A model generated the notes under the pieces. That model ran no database searches. It saw only the letters and a list, made by a program, of their open reading frames with translations, and was not told the DNA's origin. Source: an uncultured Limnohabitans sp. (GTDB lineage Bacteria; Bacteroidota; Bacteroidia; Cytophagales; Cyclobacteriaceae). From it: a stretch of 64,000 nucleotides of DNA. The translations under genes and the position numbers were made by a program. The stretch spans positions 39,549-103,548 of the forward strand of contig CAZGYC010000005.1 of the NCBI GenBank assembly GCA_964530015.1, read 5' to 3'. Positions 49,683 to 58,602 of the stretch are shown here, piece after piece (within the stretch, counting starts at the first letter, position 1; every line of letters starts with the position of its first letter).

Positions 49683-51164
49683 ATGAATTTGTCTTCCATC
49701 AACAGCATTTTTACCCGGATTTTCTTCCTTGTCCTGCTCACTGCCTGCCAGAGTTTGGCGCAGCACGCCTATACCAAAATGCCGCCCAGCCAGTTGGAGT
49801 CGGCCTTTGAACGGTACAAAGAGCCGACGATCACCCACCGCAGGTTCAAACATGCGGATCTTCAGCCCCTGATTCAGAAGCACGCTGCGGCTTTTACGAT
49901 CGAAAAACTCGGCGAATCGATCGATCAGCGAAGTATTTCTTCCTTGGACTGGGGAAAAGGGCAGACCAAGGTGATGCTCTGGTCCCAGATGCACGGCAAC
50001 GAAAGCACGGCCACGATGGCACTTTTTGACCTGTTCAATTTTCTGGAAGGAAGAGATGACGGGTTCGACGAACTGAGAAAGCTCCTGGGTTCTGAATTGA
50101 ACCTCAAGTTTATCCCCATGCTCAATCCGGACGGTGCGGAGGCTTTCAAGCGGCGCAATTCCCTGGACATCGACCTGAACAGGGATGCGATCTCCCAGAT
50201 TTCCCCGGAGGCGGTGATTCTGAAAAAGGCCCGGGACGATTTCGAGCCGGAATTTGGCTTTAACCTCCACGACCAGCAAACCTATTATAATGTGGTCAAT
50301 ACGCCCAAGCAGGCCACCATCTCGCTTTTGGCACCCGCCTATAACTATGAAACCGAAATCAACGAGGTCCGCGGCCGGGCTATGAAAACCATCGCGGGGA
50401 TGAATGAATTGCTCCAGCAACTGGTCCCCGGAGGTGTGGGCAAGTACGACGATGCCTTTGAGCCGCGCGCTTTTGGCGACAACATCCAAAAATGGGGTAC
50501 GAGCACTATCCTGATCGAATCGGGCGGCTATCCCGGCGATCCCGAGAAGCAGTTCATCCGCAAGATCAACTTCCTGATTATCCTCAATGCCCTGCACCAA
50601 ATCGCCACCAAGGGCTATGAAACCTACACGACGGAGCAGTATTTCTCCATTCCCGACAATGGACTGCAGTTGGTCGATCTGATGATCAACGAGATGCAGG
50701 TCAGGGTAAACGACAGGCTGTATCCCATCGATTTGGTGATCCGAAGACGGGAAGCGGAGGCCGACGGAGGCTATTATGTGTCTGGCGCGATCGACGACTT
50801 GGGAGACATGCAGGTCTATTTTGGCTTTGAAACCTTGGACGCGACCGGTCTGGAATTCTCCTTGGGAAAGGTCTATCCCGAACCCTTTGAAAATATCGAG
50901 GCCATCAACCCAGACAAGGCCCTGGAACTCCTCAGACAGGGATATTTGGCGGCCAAGGTCAAAAACGGAACGGCTCGCCAACTGCATGGATTGCCTATCC
51001 AAGTGCTGAAAAGTACCGACAAAATTGCCGGCGGCTGGATGACGGGTTCCGCTCCCAATTTCTTTTTGGCCAAAGACGGTGTCCTGAAATACGCCGTCGT
51101 CAACGGCTATCTGATCGATCTGGAAAACCCCAAAAAGCAGGAATTCAGAAATCGGATATTGTAG
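49683..51164 (+). CDS. M14 family zinc carboxypeptidase
   Basis: WSQMHGNE, MLNPDG, DLNRD, NLHDQ, LIESG. Confidence 0.9.
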   Translation: MNLSSINSIFTRIFFLVLLTACQSLAQHAYTKMPPSQLESAFERYKEPTITHRRFKHADLQPLIQKHAAAFTIEKLGESIDQRSISSLDWGKGQTKVMLWSQMHGNESTATMALFDLFNFLEGRDDGFDELRKLLGSELNLKFIPMLNPDGAEAFKRRNSLDIDLNRDAISQISPEAVILKKARDDFEPEFGFNLHDQQTYYNVVNTPKQATISLLAPAYNYETEINEVRGRAMKTIAGMNELLQQLVPGGVGKYDDAFEPRAFGDNIQKWGTSTILIESGGYPGDPEKQFIRKINFLIILNALHQIATKGYETYTTEQYFSIPDNGLQLVDLMINEMQVRVNDRLYPIDLVIRRREAEADGGYYVSGAIDDLGDMQVYFGFETLDATGLEFSLGKVYPEPFENIEAINPDKALELLRQGYLAAKVKNGTARQLHGLPIQVLKSTDKIAGGWMTGSAPNFFLAKDGVLKYAVVNGYLIDLENPKKQEFRNRIL

Positions 51165-51219
51165 CAAGGTAAATTTTTATTTACCTTTTTGAATTATTTC
51201 CTACCTACTGTCGGTTTAT

Positions 51220-51363
51220 ATGAAGTGTTCAGAGCTGTTGAGGATGTTGATGCGGGACGGGTGGATGGTCATGTCACAAGCCGTCCCGAATCATGGAAGC
51301 AAAGAAATGGGCAAGGGTTTGGAAAAGAAGATCTTGAAGGACGCGGGAATCAAACTGAAATAA
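51220..51363 (+). pseudogene. hicA: HicA toxin with an in-frame internal deletion (47 aa)
   Basis: MKCSELLRMLMRDGWMVMSQA-VPNHGSKEMGKGLEKKILKDAGIKLK*; the KGSH...HP segment is missing. Below the ORF-track size cutoff. Confidence 0.85.
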
Positions 51364-51367
51364 GGAC

Positions 51368-51751
51368 ATGAAAAAGTATCGAATGATTTTGGAGAAAACA
51401 ACTACCGGATTTTCGGCATATTCACCTGATTTTCCGGTATTTACGACGGGAGAAACCATGAGGGATGTGCTGGAAAACTCCCTGGAAGCCTTCAATCTTT
51501 TCTTTGAGGAAAGCGACAGCAAGATGAATGCAACTCAGATCAAGCTGGAACTGGATTTCCAACAATTTTTCCAGTACTACGGCGTGATCAACTCCAGGGT
51601 CTTGGCTGAGAAAATCGGCATGAATCCATCTTTGCTTTCACAGTATGTAAGTGGAAAAAAGAAACCTTCCGATGCACAATGTCAGCGAATCGTCTCAGGA
51701 ATAAACCAAATAGGACGAGAACTCTCTGAGTTGAACCTAACCTTAAACTGA
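51368..51751 (+). CDS. hicB: HicB-type/XRE antitoxin
   Basis: EKTTTGFSAY, IGMNPSLLSQY; paralogue of 34519-34917. Confidence 0.8.
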   Translation: MKKYRMILEKTTTGFSAYSPDFPVFTTGETMRDVLENSLEAFNLFFEESDSKMNATQIKLELDFQQFFQYYGVINSRVLAEKIGMNPSLLSQYVSGKKKPSDAQCQRIVSGINQIGRELSELNLTLN

Positions 51752-51791
51752 CCTACCCATAAGCCATTCCGAATTCTGACTTTTAGACACT

Positions 51792-52523
51792 ATGAAGACC
51801 AACCTTTCCTCCGTGCTTTTTTCCCTGGCCATCGTCGCAGCGGCATTCGTACTCGGCCACGCCGTCGTCAACCGCAACCGGCCACAGGGAACCATCAACG
51901 TGACGGGGCTCGGTGAGCAAAACTTCACCTCGGACCTGATCGTCTGGGAGGGGAATTTTTCCAGGCAAAGCAGTGACCTCAAGACCGCCTATGCGGATCT
52001 GGAAAGAGACAAAACCGCAGTGACCGACTACCTGAAATCCAAGGGAATCCCTGCCGAACAGTTGGTCTTCAATGCGGTGAGCACCAATCCACTTTATCAG
52101 CAAAACTACACGGCCAACGGCACCTATGCGGGCCAGACTTTTACCGGCTATCAGCTCAGCCAAACCCTGGTCATCGAATCCAAGGAGGTGGAAAAAGTCG
52201 AAAAAATCAGCCGCGAAATCACCGAGCTGCTCAATCAGGGGATTACGTTCTATTCCCAGCCCCCCCGCTACTACTACACCCAACTCGAGTCCCTCAAACT
52301 GGAGATGGTCGCCAAAGCCACCGAGGACGGTCGGATCCGGGCTGAGCGCATCGCGGAAAACTCCAACTCCAAGCTCGGCGACCTGATCACGGCCAACATG
52401 GGCATCTTCCAGATCACGGGGCAAAACTCCGGCGAAGACTATTCCTGGGGCGGCACGTTCAATACCTCGGCCAAGAACAAAACCGCTTCGATCACCATGA
52501 AGCTGAGTTTTGAGGTGGATTGA
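51792..52523 (+). CDS. SIMPL (DUF541) domain protein
   Basis: INVTGLGE, ARIRAERIA-like segment, GIFQITG. Confidence 0.88.
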   Translation: MKTNLSSVLFSLAIVAAAFVLGHAVVNRNRPQGTINVTGLGEQNFTSDLIVWEGNFSRQSSDLKTAYADLERDKTAVTDYLKSKGIPAEQLVFNAVSTNPLYQQNYTANGTYAGQTFTGYQLSQTLVIESKEVEKVEKISREITELLNQGITFYSQPPRYYYTQLESLKLEMVAKATEDGRIRAERIAENSNSKLGDLITANMGIFQITGQNSGEDYSWGGTFNTSAKNKTASITMKLSFEVD

Positions 52524-52566
52524 GTTACCGCTGTGGGAACTTTTTGCTATGTTTACTTTTTCCAAA

Positions 52567-52863
52567 ATGAGAATAATTGCCAAAAGGACACTTTGGGAAT
52601 TCTGGGAAATTCATTCTGAGGCCGAACAGTCCCTTAAATCCTGGTTTAGGGAAATGGAGCTGGGAAGTTGGGCTAATCTCAACCAACTGAAAGCAGATTA
52701 TCCTTCTGCCAGCATCGTAAAGGAAAACCGGGTAGTCTTCAATATCAAGGGCAACCATTTCAGGCTGATGTCAAATTTAGTTTTGAATATCAGACGGGTT
52801 GGATCCGATTTGTGGGAACCCACTCGGAATATGACAAGATTAACGCAAGGCCATTTAAAATGA
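52567..52863 (+). pseudogene. higB: HigB toxin, frameshifted
   Basis: MRIIAKRTL...VFNIKGNHFRL in one frame; VKFSFEYQTGWIRFVGTHSEYDKI continues in another frame after 52768-52770. Confidence 0.88.
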
Positions 52864-53210
52864 AACCTATACACACCGAAGCAGAATACGAGTCGGCACT
52901 CCAACGGGCGGAGGAATTGTTTGATTCCAAAAGAGGCACCCCTGAGGGGGATGAGCTGGAGGTTTTGTTGATTTTGATTGACAAATATGAAAAGGACAAT
53001 TTTCCAATAGATCTGCCGGATCCCATCGAAGCGATAAAATTCAGAATGGACCAGCTTCAAATAAAGCCCAAAGACCTGGCGGCATTGATAGGTTATAAAA
53101 GTCGTGTAAGCGAGATATTGAATAAGAAAAGAAAACTGACTTTGGACATGATCCGGAAAATTCACCGTGCGCTGAATATTCCCACGGAAGTGTTGGTCCA
53201 GGAATATTGA
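52860..53210 (+). CDS. higA: HigA antitoxin (HTH)
   Basis: KPIHTEAEY, LPDPIEAIKFRMDQ, SRVSEILNKKRKLT. Confidence 0.9.
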   Translation: MKPIHTEAEYESALQRAEELFDSKRGTPEGDELEVLLILIDKYEKDNFPIDLPDPIEAIKFRMDQLQIKPKDLAALIGYKSRVSEILNKKRKLTLDMIRKIHRALNIPTEVLVQEY

Positions 53211-53217
53211 TCCAAGT

Positions 53218-53319
53218 TTGAGTCCACTCCGATAAGTATGAAAATGAGAAATTTACCCCTTTAATTTAACTCCTGAGGCACTTTTTTTCAAAGAAAATGG
53301 CTTTTAGGAGTGGACTCAA
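53218..53319. mobile_element. MITE-like 102-bp element with 13-bp terminal inverted repeats
   Basis: TTGAGTCCACTCC (53218-53230) and GGAGTGGACTCAA (53307-53319) around an AT-rich non-coding interior. Confidence 0.5.
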
Positions 53320-53322
53320 GTT

Positions 53323-54264
53323 TTGAAAAAAGGAATTTCGCTCCACCCCCGCAACCTCCACCAGGGACGCTATGACCTGGAAGCGCTTTCGCTGACTTTG
53401 CCGGAGCTGAAAGGCTTCATTTTTACCAATGAATTTGGAAACCAAACGCTCGATTTCTCAAATCCGGAAGCGGTGAAAGCCCTCAATCGGGCGCTTCTGA
53501 CCCATTATTATCAGGTGGGGTTTTGGGATATTCCGGATGGGTTTCTCTGTCCGCCGATTCCGGGCAGGGCGGATTATATCCATTATCTCGCAGATTTGCT
53601 GGCGCAAAGCAAGGGGGGAAAACTCCCAAAAGGCGACAAAATCCGTGTGCTGGACATCGGAACAGGCGCCAATCTGATCTATCCGATCATTGGGAAAGTG
53701 AGTTATGGATGGCAATTTGTCGGCTCCGAGCTGAATCCCAAAGCCTTGGAATCAGCGCAACATATTCTGTCCCAAAATCCCGGTTTGGCTGCTGGCATCG
53801 AGCTGAGACATCAACCGGATTCCGGGAATATATTCTCGGGAATCCTCTTGCCGGAAGAATTCTTTGACCTGACCCTCTGCAATCCCCCCTTTCATGAATC
53901 GGCCGCTGCGGCATTGGAAGGAAGCCAAAGGAAAGTCCGAAATCTCAGCGGAAAGTCCAGCAAAGAGCCAAAACTGAACTTTGGAGGACAGGCATCCGAA
54001 CTTTGGACTGAGGGTGGGGAGCTGGAATTTATCCGAAAAATGATTCGCGAAAGCCTCAATTTCAAAAGTCAGGTCTTCTGGTTTTCCACCTTGGTCTCCA
54101 AAGAAATTAACCTCAAGCCCATTTCCGAACTGCTCCAAAAAGTCGGTGTCTCGCAGCAAAAAACCATCGGAATGGCACAGGGCAATAAGCAAAGCCGGTT
54201 TGTGGCTTGGACTTTTTTGAATCCCAGGCAGCAAGAGGCTTGGAAAAAATACCGATGGGTTTAA
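53323..54264 (+). CDS. rlmF: 23S rRNA m6A1618 methyltransferase
   Basis: LHPRNLH, CPPIPGRADY, LDIGTGA, CNPPF, ELWTEGGE, QGNKQSR. Confidence 0.95.
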   Translation: MKKGISLHPRNLHQGRYDLEALSLTLPELKGFIFTNEFGNQTLDFSNPEAVKALNRALLTHYYQVGFWDIPDGFLCPPIPGRADYIHYLADLLAQSKGGKLPKGDKIRVLDIGTGANLIYPIIGKVSYGWQFVGSELNPKALESAQHILSQNPGLAAGIELRHQPDSGNIFSGILLPEEFFDLTLCNPPFHESAAAALEGSQRKVRNLSGKSSKEPKLNFGGQASELWTEGGELEFIRKMIRESLNFKSQVFWFSTLVSKEINLKPISELLQKVGVSQQKTIGMAQGNKQSRFVAWTFLNPRQQEAWKKYRWV

Positions 54265-54310
54265 AAACAAAACTCTCCGAAGAACCGAATTCCCCGGAGA
54301 GTTTTGTTTT
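54264..54310. terminator. Bidirectional terminator
   Basis: AAAACAAAACTCTCCG...CGGAGAGTTTTGTTTT. Confidence 0.8.
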
Positions 54311-54393
54311 TTCCGCCTTCGTTGGTCTCTTCACCAACCCGTTACTTTTAAATCAAGCGTTCTTTTCGCCGCGGTCTGTGTCACAGACCATTT

Positions 54394-54807
54394 TTACGCA
54401 TTCAGCGTATATTCCACACTGATTTCCATCTTCAATGCCCTGGAGATCGGGCAGTTTTCCTCGGCATCTTTGACCTGCTTGGCAAATTCCTCCTCAGAAA
54501 TGCCATCCACTTGGGCTTTTAGCACCAAATGCGATTTTTTCAGGGTGCCTTCCTCAAAAGTGATGTTGGAGGTCACCTCCAGTGCTTTGGGGGGGAAATT
54601 CACTCCTGTGAGGTTGAAGCTGAGCTTCATCGCAAAGCAGCCCGCATGCGCTGCTGCGACCAATTCCTCGGGATTGGTACCCACCCCGTCTTCAAATCGG
54701 GTTTTGAAAGAGTATTGAGTTTTGTCAAGGACTGTGCTGGCGGTGGTCAGGTGGCCGGAGCCTTCTTTGCCGCTTCCATTCCATACGGCGGTTGCTTTTC
54801 TGATCAT
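54394..54807 (-). CDS. osmC: OsmC family peroxiredoxin
   Basis: YSFKTRFE, GTNPEELVAAAHAGCF, CPIS. Confidence 0.93.
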   Translation of the reverse strand: MIRKATAVWNGSGKEGSGHLTTASTVLDKTQYSFKTRFEDGVGTNPEELVAAAHAGCFAMKLSFNLTGVNFPPKALEVTSNITFEEGTLKKSHLVLKAQVDGISEEEFAKQVKDAEENCPISRALKMEISVEYTLNA

Positions 54808-54883
54808 AGTATTAAAGAGTTTAGAGGTTAAAAGATAAGGGATAAAGGGGATTTTTGGGATTTAAGTTTCTTGATTTTTGAAT

Positions 54884-54946
54884 TTCCCACAGATTTGAAC
54901 AGATTAAAATCACAGATTTACACAGAAAATGACAATCTGTGGGAAC
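54884..54946. repeat. Left flank repeat of the GxxExxY cassette
   Basis: 45-bp unit (54884-54928) identical to 55347-55391, followed by TGACAATCTGTGGGAAC. Confidence 0.9.
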
Positions 54947-54964
54947 AATTATTTAATTTAGTTA

Positions 54965-55345
54965 ATGCACGAGAATGAAATCACATTTTTGATCCGAGGT
55001 GCAATTTTTAAAGTTTACAACACACTTGGCCCGGGACTTTTAGAATCCAGCTATGAGGCGGCATTGGGTTATGAATTAACCAAATCTGGCTTGAATGTGG
55101 AACATCAAGTACCCATGCCTTTGATTTACGAAGGGTTAAAACTTGATGTTGGTTATAGAATAGACCTATTGGTTGAGAAAAAAGTAATTGTTGAAATCAA
55201 ATCAGTTGAGCTTTTACAGAATGTACATCATTTGCAAATAATGACTTATCTGAGGTTGTCAGGCATTAAGGTTGGGCTTTTAGTCAACTTCAATACAGAT
55301 GAGCTAACGGAGAATATTATTCGGAAGATCAATGGATACCTTTAG
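54965..55345 (+). CDS. GxxExxY protein (PD-(D/E)xK nuclease-like fold)
   Basis: GPGLLESSY motif, RIDLLVE...VEIKS; AT-rich. Confidence 0.92.
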   Translation: MHENEITFLIRGAIFKVYNTLGPGLLESSYEAALGYELTKSGLNVEHQVPMPLIYEGLKLDVGYRIDLLVEKKVIVEIKSVELLQNVHHLQIMTYLRLSGIKVGLLVNFNTDELTENIIRKINGYL

Positions 55346-55457
55346 GTTCCCACAGATTTGAACAGATTAAAATCACAGATTTACACAGAAAGGATAACAC
55401 CCCATCACAATAAATCAGTGATAATCTGTGTCCTTTTCTGTGACAATCTGTGGGAAC
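55346..55457. repeat. Right flank repeat / long hairpin of the GxxExxY cassette
   Basis: GTTCCCACAGATT...AATCTGTGGGAAC 13-bp inverted repeat with internal CACAGA and TCTGTG units. Confidence 0.9.
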
Positions 55458-56578
55458 TATTTCCTTGCCAGCCGTTTAAACACCTCCAAATACTGCTCGG
55501 TCACATGATCCCAATTGTATTTCTGAGTCAATCCAGAGCGGGCAGTCTGTCTCAATTCGCTCATGTTTTCCGGTTCGGATTCAGCTTTTTCTACAATTGC
55601 AGAGACAGATTCGGCCTTTTTATCAAAATACCATCCATGCTTTCCGTTTTGCAGCATTTCCTGGTTAAAGGGCGTGTCCAGGGCCAAAATGGCACAGCCA
55701 TAGCCCAAGGCCTTCAGCATCGCCGGATTGGTGCCGCCATACTCATGCCCGTGGAAATAGGCATAGCAATGCAAATAAAGTGAAGCCAACTCCGTCGGAT
55801 CGGTGACGTAGCCAGTGAACAGCAAGCGTGGGTCGTTGATGTTTTTAAGCCGGTTGGCCCAGGCATCTTCAAAGGGCACATCCCCCACAATGACCAGTTT
55901 CCGCCGGGATCCGGACTTCAAAAATCCGGCAATAATCAGGTCTGCATTGTTGTCCGGCACCAGCCTTCCCACGATCAGAAAATACCCCCGACTCTCCAGG
56001 TCCCACTTTTTGATTGGCCCCGACTCGACCGATTCCCTGGGATTTGCGCCGTATGCGATCACCTTGGAGTCGGCATCGAAAAGCTCCAGATACACCCTGC
56101 GCATTTCGTCGGAATCGTTGATGATCTGGTCGTAAAATTTGGTGGCCATCTTGGAGGCCCACTTGAAGTACTTCGAGCCTAGGCCCTTCCACTTGGGTCT
56201 GAGCCACTCCAGTCCATCGACATTGATGGCGGTAGGTTTTCCGAAAATCTTCGAAATCAGGCCAAAAGGACCGTTGCCGCTATTCACCACGAAGATCACG
56301 TCCACGTCCGAAAAGCAGGCATGGATCATCGAAAAAAAGGTATGCGAAAGCTGGGTGAGGCTTTTGGTCTCTATCGCAGGCGTGTAGATGCACTCGATCC
56401 CGTTGACAAAGCGGGGCTTTTCCACAAACAAAGCCCGGTGGTTGTACACCCGCACATGAACGCCTCTTTCGGAAAGTCTTTCCCCAAGTTCCTTGATCAG
56501 GGTATCATAGCCACCGTAGACATAGGGATAGCCCTTGGCACCCATGATGGCTACCTTCAGTCTTCGCTCAGTTGCCAT
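55457..56578 (-). CDS. DUF1972 / GT4 glycosyltransferase
   Basis: KVAIMGAKGYPYVYGG, INVDGLEW, HGHEYGGTNP. Confidence 0.9.
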   Translation of the reverse strand: MATERRLKVAIMGAKGYPYVYGGYDTLIKELGERLSERGVHVRVYNHRALFVEKPRFVNGIECIYTPAIETKSLTQLSHTFFSMIHACFSDVDVIFVVNSGNGPFGLISKIFGKPTAINVDGLEWLRPKWKGLGSKYFKWASKMATKFYDQIINDSDEMRRVYLELFDADSKVIAYGANPRESVESGPIKKWDLESRGYFLIVGRLVPDNNADLIIAGFLKSGSRRKLVIVGDVPFEDAWANRLKNINDPRLLFTGYVTDPTELASLYLHCYAYFHGHEYGGTNPAMLKALGYGCAILALDTPFNQEMLQNGKHGWYFDKKAESVSAIVEKAESEPENMSELRQTARSGLTQKYNWDHVTEQYLEVFKRLARK

Positions 56579-57713
56579 CGCGGGGTTTGATCTTTTGCTC
56601 GAAAGCCTCCAGGCTGTATTCCGAAAGAACCCTGGCCCTTCCGGCTTTTCCAAATTCCGCGCGCAGTGCAGGGTCTGCGATCAGTTTTTCCAGGGCCTCG
56701 ACGCCCCGTTCGACATTGCCGACGGGGATCAAAAAGCCGGTTTTCCCGTCCATGACCATTTCGACCGAGCCTCCGGAATCTGTCGCCACTACCGGCAGGG
56801 CGGAGGCCATCGCCTCCAATACGACCGTGGGAAAAGGATCCTGAAATATGGAGGGCAAAACGAACACATCCATGGCCTTCATCAGCACCGGGACATCCGT
56901 CCGATATCCGAGATAGGAGACCCGATTTTCCAGCTTTTTGTCTTTGATCTTTCTTTTCAAATCTTCCAGGATCGGTTCATAGCCCGCAAATGGATCCCCT
57001 ACCAGGATAAAATGGACCCTTGGGTTTTTTCGGGCGATGCACTCGGCCATTTCCAGGAAAAAAGCCTGTCCCTTGTGCGGATTGACACGCCCCACCATGC
57101 CTACAATCAACCGATCTTCAGGCAGTCCCGCTTTTCTCTTTGCCTCTGGCAGCTCTTCCAAAAACTCCCCGTAGGGGATGCCGTTGTGCACGACCTGGAT
57201 GCGGGATTTTTTCAGCAAAGGCTGCCAATGGTCTGCCACGGCATGGGAGACGGCTATCGGACGGGGTGTGGTGCTGTCCATCAGGCCACAAATGAACTTC
57301 ACCAGCGGCTTTGGTCCGGGAAAAATCTCATGGATATGCCACTGGTGGGGAATCTGGTTTCGCTTAGCCCAATAGGCGCCGACAATCACCGCCAATGTGT
57401 TGGAATACACCGATTCGAAGTTGTACTTGCCGTGAAGGTCGCCCAGGAAACGATAGGCCTGCAGATTTTTGCCCAATCTGTTGAGCAATCCCGAGGGGCT
57501 GACGTATTTCCTCCGGAGAATCCCCAGATTTTGGATATAGACCGGAAATCCTTCCTCCCTCAGGATCGGCTCCAGCGGTCCCGGACCCGTGAGCAACACC
57601 ACGGGATTGTAGCCTTCGCGCCGGTACAGCCGGAGTACCTGCAGGATGATCTTGCCGGTGCCATAAAGGTCCGAGGAGCTTTGCAGAAAAAGGACGTTGC
57701 GTGGGTTAGCCAT
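56568..57713 (-). CDS. GT4 glycosyltransferase
   Basis: VGRVNPHKG, DPFPTVVLEAMASALPVV. Confidence 0.9.
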   Translation of the reverse strand: MANPRNVLFLQSSSDLYGTGKIILQVLRLYRREGYNPVVLLTGPGPLEPILREEGFPVYIQNLGILRRKYVSPSGLLNRLGKNLQAYRFLGDLHGKYNFESVYSNTLAVIVGAYWAKRNQIPHQWHIHEIFPGPKPLVKFICGLMDSTTPRPIAVSHAVADHWQPLLKKSRIQVVHNGIPYGEFLEELPEAKRKAGLPEDRLIVGMVGRVNPHKGQAFFLEMAECIARKNPRVHFILVGDPFAGYEPILEDLKRKIKDKKLENRVSYLGYRTDVPVLMKAMDVFVLPSIFQDPFPTVVLEAMASALPVVATDSGGSVEMVMDGKTGFLIPVGNVERGVEALEKLIADPALRAEFGKAGRARVLSEYSLEAFEQKIKPRDGN

Positions 57714-58602
57714 TTCTTTTCAAGTAAATCCCAAAGATACCGGACTTGCCAAATCCAGAAGACAGCAATTCAAAAATCCATGCAACAGGCAAGAACAACC
57801 CGATCAAGACAAGCAAACCCGGTGATTTTCCCCGCTTCAGTTGCAGGATGAGGTTCTTTCGGTAGCCGATTTTCGAAAGCAGTGCCTGAAGCATCCCCAG
57901 AATCCCCAAATGAACCGAGAAACCCCGGGAGGCGATCTTTCCATAGCCGATTTTGGAAAACTCCCTTTCCAATCCCGACGCTGTCCAGTGGGTCAAATGC
58001 TTGGGAATGTCCCAGTGCATCCAGTTTTTCCCGGCGATCTTCGCCTGCCAGGAATCAGCCCGCGGCACCTCGACATAGACCAGCCCGTCCGGAGCCAGGT
58101 TTTTGTCCAGCAGCTCGGCCAAAAATGCCAAGGGGTCCGGCAGATGCTCCAAGACATGGTTGAGCGTGATCAGGTCAAAGTTTCCGCTTTGGATCTTTCC
58201 GCCCTGATAGAACCCGCTGGAAACTTCCACCTGATAGTTTTTCCGCGCAAAAACAGTTCTTTCGGCGGCGGTTTCCACCCCAAGTCCCTTCCAGCCTGAG
58301 TGCTTGGCCACCAAGAGAAACTGCCCCTTGCCGGAGCCAAAATCCAGCAGGGTGTGGGCTTGGGGATGCAGGGTGCGGGCTTTTCGGAGGATTTTCTTTG
58401 CCTCGGAAAAGATAATCCGCTCAAAGACCGATTTCCTGTTGTCCACCACGGCGTACACTTCATCGGAGTAGAGTGCGTTTGCATCGACCTCTTCGGGCAG
58501 ATAGGTCCAGCGAAGTCCGCAGGAAGTGCAGCCGCAGATGGATTGGGATTCCGGTGCTTTTTCGGGAGGTGTTTTACAAACTGGACAGGTAATTTGCCTC
58601 AT
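57706..58602 (-). CDS. Class I SAM-dependent methyltransferase
   Basis: N-terminal CxxC...CxxC, LDFGSGKG, LNHVLEH, HWDIPKH. Confidence 0.9.
   Translation of the reverse strand: MRQITCPVCKTPPEKAPESQSICGCTSCGLRWTYLPEEVDANALYSDEVYAVVDNRKSVFERIIFSEAKKILRKARTLHPQAHTLLDFGSGKGQFLLVAKHSGWKGLGVETAAERTVFARKNYQVEVSSGFYQGGKIQSGNFDLITLNHVLEHLPDPLAFLAELLDKNLAPDGLVYVEVPRADSWQAKIAGKNWMHWDIPKHLTHWTASGLEREFSKIGYGKIASRGFSVHLGILGMLQALLSKIGYRKNLILQLKRGKSPGLLVLIGLFLPVAWIFELLSSGFGKSGIFGIYLKRNG

Noticed and set aside
56568-56600. Abrupt C-terminus (KIKPRDGN*) of the GT4 gene, suggesting a frameshift
   Set aside because: The catalytic motifs are complete, and short overlaps occur at every junction in this operon.
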